Assembly: GCA_965249725.1 (NCBI GenBank)
Contig: CBDFMQ010000002.1
Location: forward strand, 1,312,001 to 1,376,000
DNA length: 64,000 bases
DNA from: Longimicrobiales bacterium
GTDB taxonomy: Bacteria > Gemmatimonadota > Gemmatimonadetes > Longimicrobiales > Gaopeijiaceae
Direction of reading: 5' to 3'
Numbering within the stretch: the stretch's first letter is position 1; the number at the start of each line of letters is the position of its first letter. Positions 30,916 through 44,478 of the stretch are shown here, in pieces. The notes below the pieces were generated by a model that was given only the letters and a program-made list of their open reading frames with translations, was not told the origin of the DNA and searched no databases. A program made the position numbers and the translations under genes.

Positions 30916-31634
30916 GGTCCACCGCGAGCCAGAACCGACTCCGCCAAGGCCAGATCTTCTGGGCGAGTGATCTTCAAGTTCGTAGGCGATGATTCCACCA
31001 TCACGACCTCGCCACCGCACCGCTCGACCAAGGCCGCATCATCGGTGGCCACCCACTCCTCCGCTATCGCGCACTCGTAGGCCTCTAGGATTTGAGCCCT
31101 CGGAAAGGCTTGGGGCGTCTGCGCATGCCATAGGGTCGAGCGCTCGGGGGTCTCCTTTATGGCTCCGGCCTCATCGACTCGCTTCATCGTGTCCACGGCC
31201 GGGCAGCCCGCCACGGCCGCAACGCCCGCCGCAGCCGAGTCGATACACCGGGCGATCACGTCGGGTGAGACCAGGGGCCGAGCCCCGTCGTGCACGACGA
31301 CGACGTCGAGGTCCGAAGGCAACGCCTGAAGCGCGGCCCAAACGGAATCACGGCGGGTGTCTCCACCCTCGACGATCCGGAGGCGGTCGTCCTGATCGAC
31401 CAACCACGACGGAGCCGGCTCCACCTGGTCGGCCGGGAGCGCAACCACCACGGCCCGGACGCCTGAATGCGAGAGGAACGGTCGAACGGCTCGAAGGAGG
31501 ACGGGCTCACCTGCCAGGCTCAGGAACTGCTTGCGCTCCCCACCCATGCGCCGGGACATCCCGGCGGCGGGCAGCACCACGCCGACGCGGGGACCAGCGA
31601 CCGCCTCTACGCGATCAGTCGTGGGTCCGCTCAC
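30912..31634 (-). CDS. ispD: 2-C-methyl-D-erythritol 4-phosphate cytidylyltransferase
   Basis: PAAGMSRRMG..KQF, VHDGARP, AQTPQAF and NLKITRPED motifs. Confidence 0.95.
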   Translation of the reverse strand: MSGPTTDRVEAVAGPRVGVVLPAAGMSRRMGGERKQFLSLAGEPVLLRAVRPFLSHSGVRAVVVALPADQVEPAPSWLVDQDDRLRIVEGGDTRRDSVWAALQALPSDLDVVVVHDGARPLVSPDVIARCIDSAAAGVAAVAGCPAVDTMKRVDEAGAIKETPERSTLWHAQTPQAFPRAQILEAYECAIAEEWVATDDAALVERCGGEVVMVESSPTNLKITRPEDLALAESVLARGGP

Positions 31635-33046
31635 GGACCGTCGTACCCACCTGCCCCCGGGGCACCCTCGCCCCGCTGCTCGCTGGTCACGGAGTCGAAG
31701 CGCGTGTAGGCCTTATGGAAGTAGAGATTCACCAATCCGGTGGGACCGTTGCGCTGCTTCGCAACAATCAGCTCCGTCTTGCCCTCGATCGAGTTTCCGT
31801 CACTGTCCACGGGGCCAAAGTAGTATTCGGGTCGGTACAGAAACATAACTAGATCGGCATCCTGCTCGATGGATCCGGAGTCCCGCAGATCGGAGAGCTG
31901 GGGCCGTCGATCGTTCCGCTGTTCCGGGGCACGGCTGAGCTGGCTGAGCGCGATGACCGGCACGTCGAGCTCACGCGCGAGCGCCTTGAGCCCGCGCGAG
32001 ATCTCGCTTACCTCCTGGACGCGGCTCTCCGTCCGCTTATTGCCCGACATCAACTGCATGTAGTCGATCACCAAGAGGCCGAGGTCGGTCTCGGATTTGA
32101 GGCGGCGCGCTTTGGCCCGCATGTCCAGGACCGTGCTTCCGGGGGAATCGTCGATCCACAGAGGAGCCGTGTTCAGATGGCCGGCCGCGGCCGCAAGACG
32201 CTGGTACTCGTCGGGGCTCATTTTACCGCGGCGCAGCCGCTGGGCATCCACGCGGCCCTCGGCACAGAGGAAGCGCTGAACGAGCTGTTCCTTAGACATC
32301 TCCAGAGAGAACATCGCCACCGTCGTGTTATGCTCGATGGCCGCAGTCTGGGCCACGTTGAGCACCCAGGACGTCTTCCCCATGGACGGACGTGCGGCGA
32401 CGATGATGAGGTCGCCCTTCTGCAAGCCCGTGGTCATGCGGTCCAGGTCCTTGAATCCGGTAGGCACTCCGGTGATGCCCCCTGCCGACTCCTGCAGCTT
32501 CTCGATGTGCTCGAAGGTCGGCCACAGGATCTCCTTGATCCAAACGAACCCTTCTCGGTCGTGACTCTCGGCCACCCGGAAGACCCGCTGCTCCGCATGG
32601 TCCAGGACCTCTTCCACGTCCCGCTCACCTTGATCGTAGACGTCACGGATGATGTCCGAGGCCGCGTCGATCAGTCTCCTGAGGAGTGCCTTTTCCCGGA
32701 CGATGCGTGCGTGATACTCGATGTTGGCGGCGGTGGGTACGGCATCGAGCAACTCTGCCAGATAGGCGGTACCGCCTGACGACTCGAGCTCGTTGGTCTT
32801 CTTGAGCTCTTCGTTCAGCGTGATGACGTCGACCACGCCTCCCCGTTCGAAAAGGCGGGCCATGGAGCGGAACAGGCGCCTGTTGGCCTCCCGATAGAAC
32901 ATCGAGTCATCGATGATCTCGATGGCTCGAGCGACGGCATCGCTGTCGATGAGCATCCCACCCAGAACCGAGATCTCTGCCTCGAGAGAGTACGGTGGCT
33001 GGCGGTCGTACTCGGCCGCGGCAGCAGGGATCGATGCAGTCTCCAT
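31631..33046 (-). CDS. dnaB: Replicative DNA helicase
   Basis: AARPSMGKT, IDYMQLM and LSDLRDSGSIEQDAD; no intein. Confidence 0.97.
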   Translation of the reverse strand: METASIPAAAAEYDRQPPYSLEAEISVLGGMLIDSDAVARAIEIIDDSMFYREANRRLFRSMARLFERGGVVDVITLNEELKKTNELESSGGTAYLAELLDAVPTAANIEYHARIVREKALLRRLIDAASDIIRDVYDQGERDVEEVLDHAEQRVFRVAESHDREGFVWIKEILWPTFEHIEKLQESAGGITGVPTGFKDLDRMTTGLQKGDLIIVAARPSMGKTSWVLNVAQTAAIEHNTTVAMFSLEMSKEQLVQRFLCAEGRVDAQRLRRGKMSPDEYQRLAAAAGHLNTAPLWIDDSPGSTVLDMRAKARRLKSETDLGLLVIDYMQLMSGNKRTESRVQEVSEISRGLKALARELDVPVIALSQLSRAPEQRNDRRPQLSDLRDSGSIEQDADLVMFLYRPEYYFGPVDSDGNSIEGKTELIVAKQRNGPTGLVNLYFHKAYTRFDSVTSEQRGEGAPGAGGYDGP

Positions 33047-33849
33047 CAGCTCTCGTCCATCACCTGTCGAAGCAGCTGGAGGTCGTCCCACGTCGACCGA
33101 GTCCAGCCTGAGTTTCGCAGAAGTGCCGCCGGGTGGTAGGTGACCACCAGAGGAACCCCTTCGTAGCTATACACGGAGCCTCGCAACTTCCCGAGCGGTC
33201 GATTGATGGTTGTGAGGAGCTGAGCGGCGAAGGTGCCCACGACCAGAATAACCTCCGGCGCCACGAGCGCAATCTGCCGCTTCAGATACGGGGCGCAGAG
33301 TTCGATTTCATCGGCCATGGGATCGCGATTCCCCGGCGGGCGACACTTGAGCACGTTGCAGATGTAGACCGATTCCTGCCGGGACAGATCGACCGAAGCC
33401 AAAAGGAGGTCGAGGAGCTTCCCCGCCGGTCCGACGAACGGAAGGCCGGTCTTGTCCTCATTGGCCCCTGGGGCTTCTCCCACGACCATCAAGCGCGCGT
33501 CAGGGTTTCCGTCCGAGAACACGACGTTCGTTCGGGTGCGAGCCAACCGGCAGAGCTCACACGCCTCGGCGGCGGCCTTGAGTCCTCCGTAGTCGGAGTC
33601 CGTCAGGTCGGGAGTCTGCGCAACGACTTCATCCCGGCCATCCGGAGTTGCCCTGGCTTCCCGGACTCGTCTCGATGCGGGAGGCCCACCCTCGGCCGCC
33701 GTCGATCCGGCCATAGCACGCGCCTTCGCGGTCGCAGCCAGAGCTTCCGCCCGGGATAACTCGTCGAGGAAGAGCTCTTGCACGCCGAGCTCTTTTGCCT
33801 GCCCCAGAAAGCGCGCTATTCGTTCGATTTCCCGGGGGGTCCGAGTCAC
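33046..33849 (-). CDS. Uracil-DNA glycosylase family 4
   Basis: CELCRL, VGEAPG, FVGPAG, NVLKCRPPGNRDP and TYHPAALLR motifs. Confidence 0.93.
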   Translation of the reverse strand: MTRTPREIERIARFLGQAKELGVQELFLDELSRAEALAATAKARAMAGSTAAEGGPPASRRVREARATPDGRDEVVAQTPDLTDSDYGGLKAAAEACELCRLARTRTNVVFSDGNPDARLMVVGEAPGANEDKTGLPFVGPAGKLLDLLLASVDLSRQESVYICNVLKCRPPGNRDPMADEIELCAPYLKRQIALVAPEVILVVGTFAAQLLTTINRPLGKLRGSVYSYEGVPLVVTYHPAALLRNSGWTRSTWDDLQLLRQVMDES

Positions 33850-35087
33850 TGGCGACTCTCCATGAGTTCCGTGACCTCGTCCAGAATGATCTCGGCCACC
33901 TCGCTCTTGCTGCTCAAAGGGAACTCCTGGCTCGGCTCCCCTCTCCTGAGTAGCGTCACCCGATTCGTCTCCACCTCGAACCCGGCACCTTCTTCCGTGG
34001 CGTCGTTGGCGACGAGAAGGTCGAAGCCCTTCGACTCGAGTTTCTTGTGCGCGTTCTCCACCAAGTCTCCGGTCTCCAGAGCGAAACCGACCGCGATCGA
34101 GCCTGCCTTGCGCAACCCGCGGGTACCTCCGGCCACATCAGGGTTCTCGATGAGGTTCAGCAGGAGCTCGGGTCCGACGTCGGCCTTCTTGAGCTTGTCC
34201 TCCGCGGCGTCGACGGGGCGGTAGTCGGAGACGGCCGACGCAAACACCGACACGTCGATCTCGGGAAGGAGTCTCGACACTTCGTCGAACATCTCCCGGG
34301 CCGTCTCGACGCGGACGACCTCTACCCCGTGCGGCGCGTCGAGGGCTACGGGCCCGGAAACCAATGTGACCTCGGCGCCTCGCCTCCAGGCGGCCGCCGC
34401 CAGCGCGGTGCCCATACGGCCCGAGGATCGATTCCCCACGTACCGCACGGGATCGATCGCCTCTCGGGTCGGACCCGCGGTGACCAGCACGCGCCTTCCT
34501 TCGAGCGGACCACCCGCGGCGAGTGCACGTCCCACCTCCTCGAGAATCTGCGTGGGTTCGAGCATTCTCCCGGGACCCTCACCCTCGCCGTAGGCCAGCG
34601 GGCCCACAGCCGGTCCGGCAATACGATAGGAGAGCGCGTCCTTGAGATGCTCGACGTTCGCCTGGGTCTGCGGATGTGCGAACATGCGGTCGTTCATGGC
34701 GGGACAGAGCACGACCGGCGCTCGAGTGGCCAGGAGGGTCGTCGTGAGCAGATCGTTCGCCCGGCCTTGGGCAGCTCTTGCCAGGAAGTCGGCCGTGGCC
34801 GGGGCCACACAAACCACGTCGGCTTCTTGTCCGAGCCGGATGTGTAGCGCCGCTCCCTCGGTGGAGAACAGCTCCGTAAGGGCCGGGCGGCCGGTTACGC
34901 CCTCGAAGGATAGGGGTTGAACGAACTGCCGAGCACCGCGGGTGAGGACCACATCGACGGTCGCCCCGAGTCGGGTCAGGTCACGTGCGAGCTGCACGGC
35001 CTTGTAGGCGGCGATCCCGCCTGTGACTCCCAGGACGACACGGCGTCCATCCCAGGGACGCCGCGGACCCAATACGCTTCCGGGCAA
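33846..35087 (-). CDS. coaBC: Bifunctional phosphopantothenoylcysteine decarboxylase/ligase
   Basis: GVTGGIAAYK, PAMN, TAGPTRE.IDPVRY.GNRSSG and GFALET motifs. Confidence 0.96.
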   Translation of the reverse strand: MPGSVLGPRRPWDGRRVVLGVTGGIAAYKAVQLARDLTRLGATVDVVLTRGARQFVQPLSFEGVTGRPALTELFSTEGAALHIRLGQEADVVCVAPATADFLARAAQGRANDLLTTTLLATRAPVVLCPAMNDRMFAHPQTQANVEHLKDALSYRIAGPAVGPLAYGEGEGPGRMLEPTQILEEVGRALAAGGPLEGRRVLVTAGPTREAIDPVRYVGNRSSGRMGTALAAAAWRRGAEVTLVSGPVALDAPHGVEVVRVETAREMFDEVSRLLPEIDVSVFASAVSDYRPVDAAEDKLKKADVGPELLLNLIENPDVAGGTRGLRKAGSIAVGFALETGDLVENAHKKLESKGFDLLVANDATEEGAGFEVETNRVTLLRRGEPSQEFPLSSKSEVAEIILDEVTELMESRQ

Positions 35088-35136
35088 GGCCCCTCGCTCT
35101 CTTTCGCCGCGCTGACCCGGCTACCGCCGGTGGAGG

Positions 35137-35352
35137 TTAATCCTCTCGCTTCCGACGCCCAACCAGGCGGAACTCGATCTGTCCGGAGGTGAGGGCCTCC
35201 AGCGACTTGGTGGTGAGCTTCTTTTCCTCACCGAGAGGAAGCGTTTCCCTCGGCAACGCGTTGAGCTCCCGAGCATATTTCGCCGCGACGAGCACGCCGA
35301 GATACTTGCTCTGGGTGTGCTTGGCAGACTCGTCGGGTGTGAATACGCGCAT
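35137..35352 (-). CDS. rpoZ: RNA polymerase omega subunit
   Basis: SKYLGVLVAAKYAREL...K.T..SLE; gmk-rpoZ-coaBC synteny. Confidence 0.85.
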   Translation of the reverse strand: MRVFTPDESAKHTQSKYLGVLVAAKYARELNALPRETLPLGEEKKLTTKSLEALTSGQIEFRLVGRRKRED

Positions 35353-35411
35353 GAACTATGCTCCTGGGCAACGCCCTCTTATGTACAATTCTGGCAAGGA
35401 CTTAACGTGTT

Positions 35412-36080
35412 TCAGCTCGAGGCGGAAGTGAAGCCCGCCGCGAGAATCTCGTCGATTCGCCCTTGAAGTTGGCGAATCGTGTCGGATAAGTCGATGGCCG
35501 ATGAGCCCTGAGCCTCCTGGCCGGCTACGATGGCCCGGACCTGAGCGACCGCTCGGTCCAGATCTTCGTTGACCACGACGGCGTCGAAGTCCAGTGCCCG
35601 CTCCAGCTCTCCCCGGGCGTTTCTCAACCGGCGCGCCACGATCTCGTCCCCCTCCGTCCCCCTCCCCCTCAGACGCTCGACGAGGATCTCGGCGGACGGG
35701 GGCAGCACGAACACCAGGACCGCGTCCGGTACGCTGGCGCGGATCTGCATGGCCCCTTGGACGTCGATGTCCAAGATGAGGTGTTGTCCACGCCGGCTGG
35801 CATCATCGAGGTCGTTCTTCAGGGTCCCGTACATGTGGCCGTGCACCTCGGCCCACTCCAGCATTCGCCCGGTGTCGACAAGGTCCTGAAACTCGGACTC
35901 GCTGACGAAGTGATAGTGCACGCCCTCGGTCTCGTGCTTCCGGGCCGGCCGCGTAGTCGCCGAGACCGAGAAGACACAATCGTCCCATCCCCGGACGAGG
36001 GCCTTTGCGATGGACGTCTTGCCCGCGCCGCTCGGTGCGGACAATACAAGAGCCGCGGCACCTGCAGCGTCCAAGCTCAC
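35412..36080 (-). CDS. gmk: Guanylate kinase
   Basis: SAPSGAGKTS, SVSATTR and LDIDVQGA motifs. Confidence 0.96.
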   Translation of the reverse strand: MSLDAAGAAALVLSAPSGAGKTSIAKALVRGWDDCVFSVSATTRPARKHETEGVHYHFVSESEFQDLVDTGRMLEWAEVHGHMYGTLKNDLDDASRRGQHLILDIDVQGAMQIRASVPDAVLVFVLPPSAEILVERLRGRGTEGDEIVARRLRNARGELERALDFDAVVVNEDLDRAVAQVRAIVAGQEAQGSSAIDLSDTIRQLQGRIDEILAAGFTSASS

Positions 36081-36970
36081 TCCACGTTTTCCAATTGCTC
36101 GCGAAGCCGCTCGACTTCCTCCTTCAACGACACGGCGGCATGGCTGATCTCCCCATCGTTGGCCTTGGCACCGATGGTGTTGGCCTCGCGGTTCATCTCC
36201 TGGATGACAAATCCGAGACGCTTGCCCACGGGCTCGGCGGGATCGATGGCCAGAGTCTCACCGAAGAGCTCCACATGGGATCGGAAACGCACGAGTTCTT
36301 CGTTGATGTCCCATTTCTCGGCGAGGTAGGCGATTTCGCGGGCCAGCCGGTCCTCGTCGGCGGCGTGCCCCTCCATGAGTTCGGCCACCGCCTCGCGAAG
36401 TCGGTTCCGTTCTTCGACCAGGCGCTCGGGAGCGCGTTGCTCGATCAGGCTCAGGTGGCTCTCGATGGCCGCCAGCCGCTCCTCGAGATCGGCCTGGAGT
36501 CGGGCGCCTTCGGTCTCCCGCATGCCGACAACGGCGGACGCTGCCGCCTCCGTGAGCCTCTTGATCACGGCCGTATCCACATCGGCGGAGGGGTTCGCCG
36601 GAGGCGGGGCCCTGAAGATCTCGCCGAACCGGGCGACATGCGACAACTCTACACCCCCCTCGAGGTCCAATTCGCTGCGCAGCGTCTCTAGCAGGTCTTT
36701 GTACCGGGCGGCCTTGTCGAGATCGAGCTCCGGAAGAGTCTCGTCGCCGGTGGTTAGGCCCCGGTCGACTGAGAGGCTGTAGGTCACGTGGCCTCGGCCG
36801 ATGAAGGAACGCAGCGCGGACTGAATCTCGGCCTCCAGCCGGTCGAACCCGGGAGGGGTCCGCAGACTCGCGTTGAAGAACCGATGGTTGACCGTCTTCA
36901 TCTCGACGCGCACCAAACCGGCGTCGGTCGCCTCTTCGGCCTCGCCGAAACCGGTCATGCTTCGAATCAT
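36077..36970 (-). CDS. yicC: YicC/YloC family endoribonuclease
   Basis: MIRSMTGFG, EELVRFRSH and QEMNREANTIGAK motifs. Confidence 0.94.
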   Translation of the reverse strand: MIRSMTGFGEAEEATDAGLVRVEMKTVNHRFFNASLRTPPGFDRLEAEIQSALRSFIGRGHVTYSLSVDRGLTTGDETLPELDLDKAARYKDLLETLRSELDLEGGVELSHVARFGEIFRAPPPANPSADVDTAVIKRLTEAAASAVVGMRETEGARLQADLEERLAAIESHLSLIEQRAPERLVEERNRLREAVAELMEGHAADEDRLAREIAYLAEKWDINEELVRFRSHVELFGETLAIDPAEPVGKRLGFVIQEMNREANTIGAKANDGEISHAAVSLKEEVERLREQLENVE

Positions 36971-37000
36971 GTCAGCGCGCCTCTCTCGAATCGGGATCCA

Positions 37001-37048
37001 TCTCAGGGGCCTTCTCAGGGGCTTTCTCAGGGGCCTGCCCTGGGGCCT
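37001..37048. repeat. Four tandem copies of a 12-bp unit (TCTCAGGGGCCT, last copy degenerate)
   Basis: tctcaggggcct tctcaggggctt tctcaggggcct gccctggggcct. Confidence 0.9.
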
Positions 37049-37049
37049 T

Positions 37050-39121
37050 TTAGTTGTTCAGGGTCCAACGCACTCCGTACATCGTGCGGAAGCGGGCCTG
37101 CTCGCGACCGGGAAAGTCGAAATTGTCTTCCTTCGCCGCAATGTTCTCCCACCGGATGAAGATCTTGACCGTAACGATACGGACCTGGATCTGGCCGAAC
37201 AGATCACGGTAGACCGGCATGCGCAGGAGCGGTGGGCCGGGAGGTTCCGCCTCTGGATCGGGCTCGCCCTCCCGCGGCTCCTCGGGCGGATCGACCGGAT
37301 CCTCCACGGGTGGATCGGGATCGATGATGGGCAGGAGCATCCCCTCGTGCCCGGTCACACCGATCGTCCCCCAGAGTTCGAGGTTCCTCGACTCCTTGAA
37401 GACGCGGTGGTAGGTGACCGCTCCGTCCCAGGTTTGCCTGGGCAGGTACGGCAGCTCATCCTTCCACGACTGGAGGGCCCCCTCCAACCGGAATCCGGTG
37501 ATCGGGAGCGGTAGGCTGGCGGAGACCTCGTAGCCCGTGCGCTTGCCCCCCTCGAGCGCGATTCCATCCCGATCGAGGAGGGTCCCGAGAGGACGCAGGG
37601 AATCGGCCTCCATCGAGAGCCAAGCCGCGGACAAACTCAGATTCCGCCAGGCATACGTGGCTCCGGCCCGAATCCCGGTGCGCTCCGTGAACAAAGCCAG
37701 AGGCTTGTCGAGCGGTTGGACGGTGTCTTGGGGCTCCGCCGCCAGCGTGTCAGCGGCCAGCGTATCCACGGGTGGCGGCTCCAAGGATCGGAGGTACTCC
37801 TCGTACCGCGGCACGAATGGGACGCCGCTCTTGCCGTCTTCGTAGGATGCGAAAAGGGAGAGGCCGCGTAAGGGCGCCGTGACGGCACGGGCCCGCCAAG
37901 ACGAAGCGCTCTCCTCGGACCAGCGCTCCAAACGCATCGACACATCGAGCGAGAGCGTGCGTGGATCCGACCCGCCCACTGCGAGTTCGTAGGACTCGGA
38001 GGGCACCCCGTCTCCCTCCAGCAGCCGAGCGGTGGCGTCGCCCCAGATGCCTCCCTTCTCGTAGCCGGCCCTCAGGGCCAATTGGGATCGTCGGACGTCC
38101 ACATGCCCAAACACCGGGTCGTCGGGATCACCTCTGAGCGACGACGCTCCCCAGACCGCCTCGCCTGTGAGATCGTCCGTGAAGCTCCACCTTCCGCGCA
38201 CATTCCAGTCGTTGCGGATGACGTTGGACGGGAGGTCCTCCACATCGGTCTTCGTCGCAAAGCGCCTCGCTTCGGCCGACAGTCCCCCACGATTCCCACG
38301 GGAGAGGGCGTACCTCAGCGCGAACCCACTCAGAGATCCAGAAGCGTCGAGGCCCGGACCCCGCGTCTCCAGCCGGTCCATCGTGAACGTCAGGGCTCCA
38401 CCCAGGGTGTTCGGATGAGCGAGGATGCCCCGCAGGACGTTCGTGCTCAGGTCACCCGTGCCCACGTCCACCGTCGTCACCGGCTCCGGGTCGAGGGGCT
38501 CGATAGAACGAATCTCGATCAGGAGCTCGCCTGGATGTCTCTCGACTCGCACTTCTTCGAGGCCTCCCAGCCCGATACGGGACAGGTCGGCCACCCCGCC
38601 GTCCAGCGGAAGCCACTCGAACCCATCCCAAACGACTCGCACCCGGCCTCCCCCGCCGCCGAAGGCGACGGCGGCTCTCGGAGTCCCGTAGTCGCCGCCC
38701 TTCAAGGGGATGACTCCGGGTACCTGACTGACCAACTCGGCTAGGGTAAGCGCGCGATTGCCCTCCATCGCCGTGCGATCCCAACGCCACACCCCTGCTT
38801 CGAACGAAGGCTCCACGCCCGAGGGAAACCGCGGGAACGTATCCACGACCAGGCCGGACAGGGAGTCGACCACCGCCCCGAGGGAGTCCAACACCTGCTG
38901 GAGTGAGTCGGAGACGACCGGCGGAAGCGAGTCGGCAGGCACAACCAGGCTATCGGGGACCTGTGCGCTGTCCGCAGCCGGGATGGTGTCCGGTACCACC
39001 TGCCCCCGGGCGGCCTCAGGTGTGAGAGTGCCTACGAGCACGAACCCGAGCGCGAGACTCCCAACGCGCAACGCCCCGGCCATCGGGGCCCGGGGCGCGT
39101 AAGAGCGTCGGAAGGCCAGTG

Positions 39122-39125
<4 letters not shown>
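37050..39125 (-). CDS. Plug-domain-containing outer membrane beta-barrel protein (TonB-dependent receptor-like)
   Basis: Signal peptide, LAELVSQVPGV plug-like motif, alternating beta strands, C-terminal YGVRWTLNN; GTG start overlaps the pepA stop. Confidence 0.7.
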
Positions 39126-40615
<1,490 letters not shown>

Positions 40616-40628
40616 GGGGTCTTTCGCA

Positions 40629-41864
<1,236 letters not shown>

Positions 41865-42079
41865 GGAACGCTCCGCTGCATTGTCGTAAAGGGTCGAATC
41901 ATGCAGGCCCAGCCTCGACGAAAGGGCCCTTGTAGAGCGCGAAAGATACCCAGGGGATGGGGTGGGCGCCATCGACCGGAGTACCGTCAGAGAAGTCCCC
42001 CTCTGGTGCCTGTTGTCGTCCCGAACAAGCTTATCGGACGGCGCCCCAAAGGCCGACACGGACACCCCACGGAGATATC

Positions 42080-42838
42080 ATGAGCGAGGACAACGAGGGA
42101 GGCCGCCGCTACTCCGATGAGGAGTTCGCGCTGATCCTCCGGAAGGCCTCGGAGATCAGCGAGGTGGGCGAGAGCCATCCGGGCGGACTGTCCTTGTCCG
42201 AGATCCAGCAGATCGCCGCCGAGGCGGGGATCGATTCGTCCGCGATTGCACGAGCCGCCGCAGGCCTCCCCGAGCAGAGTCACGACAAACTGGTCTCGAT
42301 GATCGGTGGGCCGCTCATGTATCGTCACGAACGGACACTGCCTGGGAAGGTCTCGGAAGAAGGGCTCAGCAGAGTCCTTCAGTCCGTCCGCCAAACGGCC
42401 GCCCGTCAGGGAAAGTCCGAGCACGTCCTCGGTTCTCTGGAATGGCAGACTGTGGACGAGGCTAGTCAGATCTTCGTAAACGTCAGCGCCCGGGACGTGG
42501 ATACCGCCATCGAAGTGGTGGGCGATCGGAGAACGGCGGGGGCGCTAACGGTCCTCCTACCGACCGTCGCTAGTTTCCTGGGCTCGTTGATCCTGGTCAA
42601 CAAGGTTATCGAGCCTACCACCGCGCTCGGTGTCGCCGGAATTTTCGGAAGCGTGTTCGGAAGCGCAGCCATCGTGTCTCGGGCGATGTGGAGCCGCACG
42701 AGCGCGTCGTTTCAGCGGAGGCTGGGGGCGGTTATGGAGGAAGCGTCCCGGACCGCGGAGATGGCTTTGGAGGAGGATGACTCCGAGCCGACGGCACTCG
42801 GTACCGGCGAAGGCGAAGGCGGTTCGGCCAGCGAATAA
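42080..42838 (+). CDS. Hypothetical membrane protein (N-term YSDEEFALILRKASE, two C-terminal TM helices)
   Basis: GGAG RBS before ATG 42080; helical N-terminal domain plus a hydrophobic hairpin. Confidence 0.75.
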   Translation: MSEDNEGGRRYSDEEFALILRKASEISEVGESHPGGLSLSEIQQIAAEAGIDSSAIARAAAGLPEQSHDKLVSMIGGPLMYRHERTLPGKVSEEGLSRVLQSVRQTAARQGKSEHVLGSLEWQTVDEASQIFVNVSARDVDTAIEVVGDRRTAGALTVLLPTVASFLGSLILVNKVIEPTTALGVAGIFGSVFGSAAIVSRAMWSRTSASFQRRLGAVMEEASRTAEMALEEDDSEPTALGTGEGEGGSASE

Positions 42839-42881
42839 CGCGGAATCCTTCCGGAATTCCATCAACACAATCCAGGCTTGC

Positions 42882-42931
42882 TTGCTCTTCTTTTCTTTTC
42901 GAAGTACTTTGGATTTTCGGGTTTTCTTCGG
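42882..42931 (+). promoter_or_regulatory. Promoter of imuB with TTCGG-N6-TTCGG direct repeat
   Basis: TTGCTC(42882)-N17-TACTTT(42905); TTCGG at 42916 and 42927. Confidence 0.65.
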
Positions 42932-42955
42932 TATCCATTCCAGTCCGTTTTGTCC

Positions 42956-44305
42956 ATGTCAGAGCCCCGTCCTCGTGTGTATAGTGGTCCCACCCACCCG
43001 GCCGTTCGCGGGTGGGAGACCAGGGGCGCAACCACCACCCATCTCCGAGGAAGCCGCCAAGCCCTCTGTGCCTGGCTGCCCACCTTCGAGCTCCGGCTGG
43101 AGCTGGTTCGAAGCCCGGAGTTGGATACCACATCCGTGGCCCTCCTCTCCCCCGGCGAGAACACTCGGCGCACGGTCTGGCAGGTCTCCGAGCGAGCTTC
43201 CATCGCCGGCGTACGTCCCGGACAACTCATCTCCCAAGCCATCGCCCTCTGCCCTTCCCTCACTCTCCTGGAACCCGATCCGGCCCACTACGACACGGCT
43301 CAAGAGGAGCTTCTCGAGACGCTTTCGAACCTGAGTCCCATCGTGGAGCCGGCCGGTCGCGGAAGGGTCTTCGTAGGAATGGACGGCCTGGGACGGCTCT
43401 ACGGATCCCCGCCGCGCCAGGTGGACCGAGTCCTCGGAGCGCTCCTCACCATCTTCCCCCGCCCACTGGTGGCCGCCATGAGAATGGGATGGGCCCCGGG
43501 AAAGTTCGGGGCCTGGGTGGCCGCAGCCGGAGCGGGGCCCGGACAGCCCGTGATCGTGAGAGACGAGGAGCTCCTTTCCTTTCTTGGTCCCTGCCCCGTC
43601 TCCGTCCTCCCGGTGGATACGGTGATCGTCGAGCGACTCGAACGACTCGGGGTCGAGACACTGGACGACCTGATCCGTCTCCCGACGCCGGCTCTTGTCG
43701 GCCAATTCGGGTCGGACGGTCGAAAGGCCCGGGAATGGGCCACCGGCAAACGCATCGATTCCGTGCAGCCGAATCATCGACCTCGACCGATCCGCTCTTC
43801 CCTGGACTTCCACACTCCTGTGGGGCAGGTGCAGACGCTCCACGGTGCTCTAGACCGCCTCCTCGAGCGGGCGCTGGCCCGCCCGGAGCGTCAGGGTCGG
43901 AGCATACAGGGTGTCGGCTTGGCCGCTCGACTCGAGGGTGGGAGCTCGTGGTCCATGGAAACGGTTCTTCGAGAGTCCACGGCACATCGTGAACGCATCG
44001 CGTTCGTCCTGAGGGCGCGGATGGCGCTGTCCCCTCCTCCCCGCGCCGTAGAGGCCCTCACCGTGGAGTTCTTCCAGTTCGGGCCGGCCACGTCCCAGAA
44101 CGACCTCTTCGATCGAGGGGAATCCAGCGGCAGAGAAGAGAGCGGACGGGAGCTGTCCGGGGGCATCATCCCCTCCGCCCTCCGAGAGGCCGTGCAGGAG
44201 CTCAAGCTGAAGCTCGGCTACTCCCCCCTCTACCGCGTCGTGGAAGTGGACCCCTGGTCACGGATTCCCGAGCGGAGGCATGCGCTGCTGAACTTCGAAC
44301 CGTGA
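42956..44305 (+). CDS. imuB: ImuB-like catalytically inactive Y-family polymerase (lacks C-terminal domain)
   Basis: AGVRPGQLISQAIALCP, SPIVE, LERLGVETLDDL and clamp motif QNDLF. The acidic catalytic motifs are absent. Ends DPWSRIPERR. Confidence 0.85.
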   Translation: MSEPRPRVYSGPTHPAVRGWETRGATTTHLRGSRQALCAWLPTFELRLELVRSPELDTTSVALLSPGENTRRTVWQVSERASIAGVRPGQLISQAIALCPSLTLLEPDPAHYDTAQEELLETLSNLSPIVEPAGRGRVFVGMDGLGRLYGSPPRQVDRVLGALLTIFPRPLVAAMRMGWAPGKFGAWVAAAGAGPGQPVIVRDEELLSFLGPCPVSVLPVDTVIVERLERLGVETLDDLIRLPTPALVGQFGSDGRKAREWATGKRIDSVQPNHRPRPIRSSLDFHTPVGQVQTLHGALDRLLERALARPERQGRSIQGVGLAARLEGGSSWSMETVLRESTAHRERIAFVLRARMALSPPPRAVEALTVEFFQFGPATSQNDLFDRGESSGREESGRELSGGIIPSALREAVQELKLKLGYSPLYRVVEVDPWSRIPERRHALLNFEP

Positions 44306-44322
44306 TGGATCTCCGGGGTCGG

Positions 44323-44478
44323 CTAGTTGACCGTCGCCGGATCCACCCTCGACGGCGTCGCCGCGCCAGAGATCATGGTCTCTGCACCCATCGCGATGGC
44401 CTTGATGGCATTAGTCATGTGATCGAGGTCCAAGGTCTCAACGTGATCGGACACCTGATGATAGTCCTGGTCGACGTC
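44323..44478 (-). pseudogene. C-terminal fragment of an M28-family peptidase
   Basis: Reads DVDQDYHQVSDHVETLDLDHMTNAIKAIAMGAETMISGAATPSRVDPATVN*, with YHxxxD matching the M28 C-terminal metal-ligand motif. The frame is closed upstream by TGA at 44518-44520. Confidence 0.7.
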
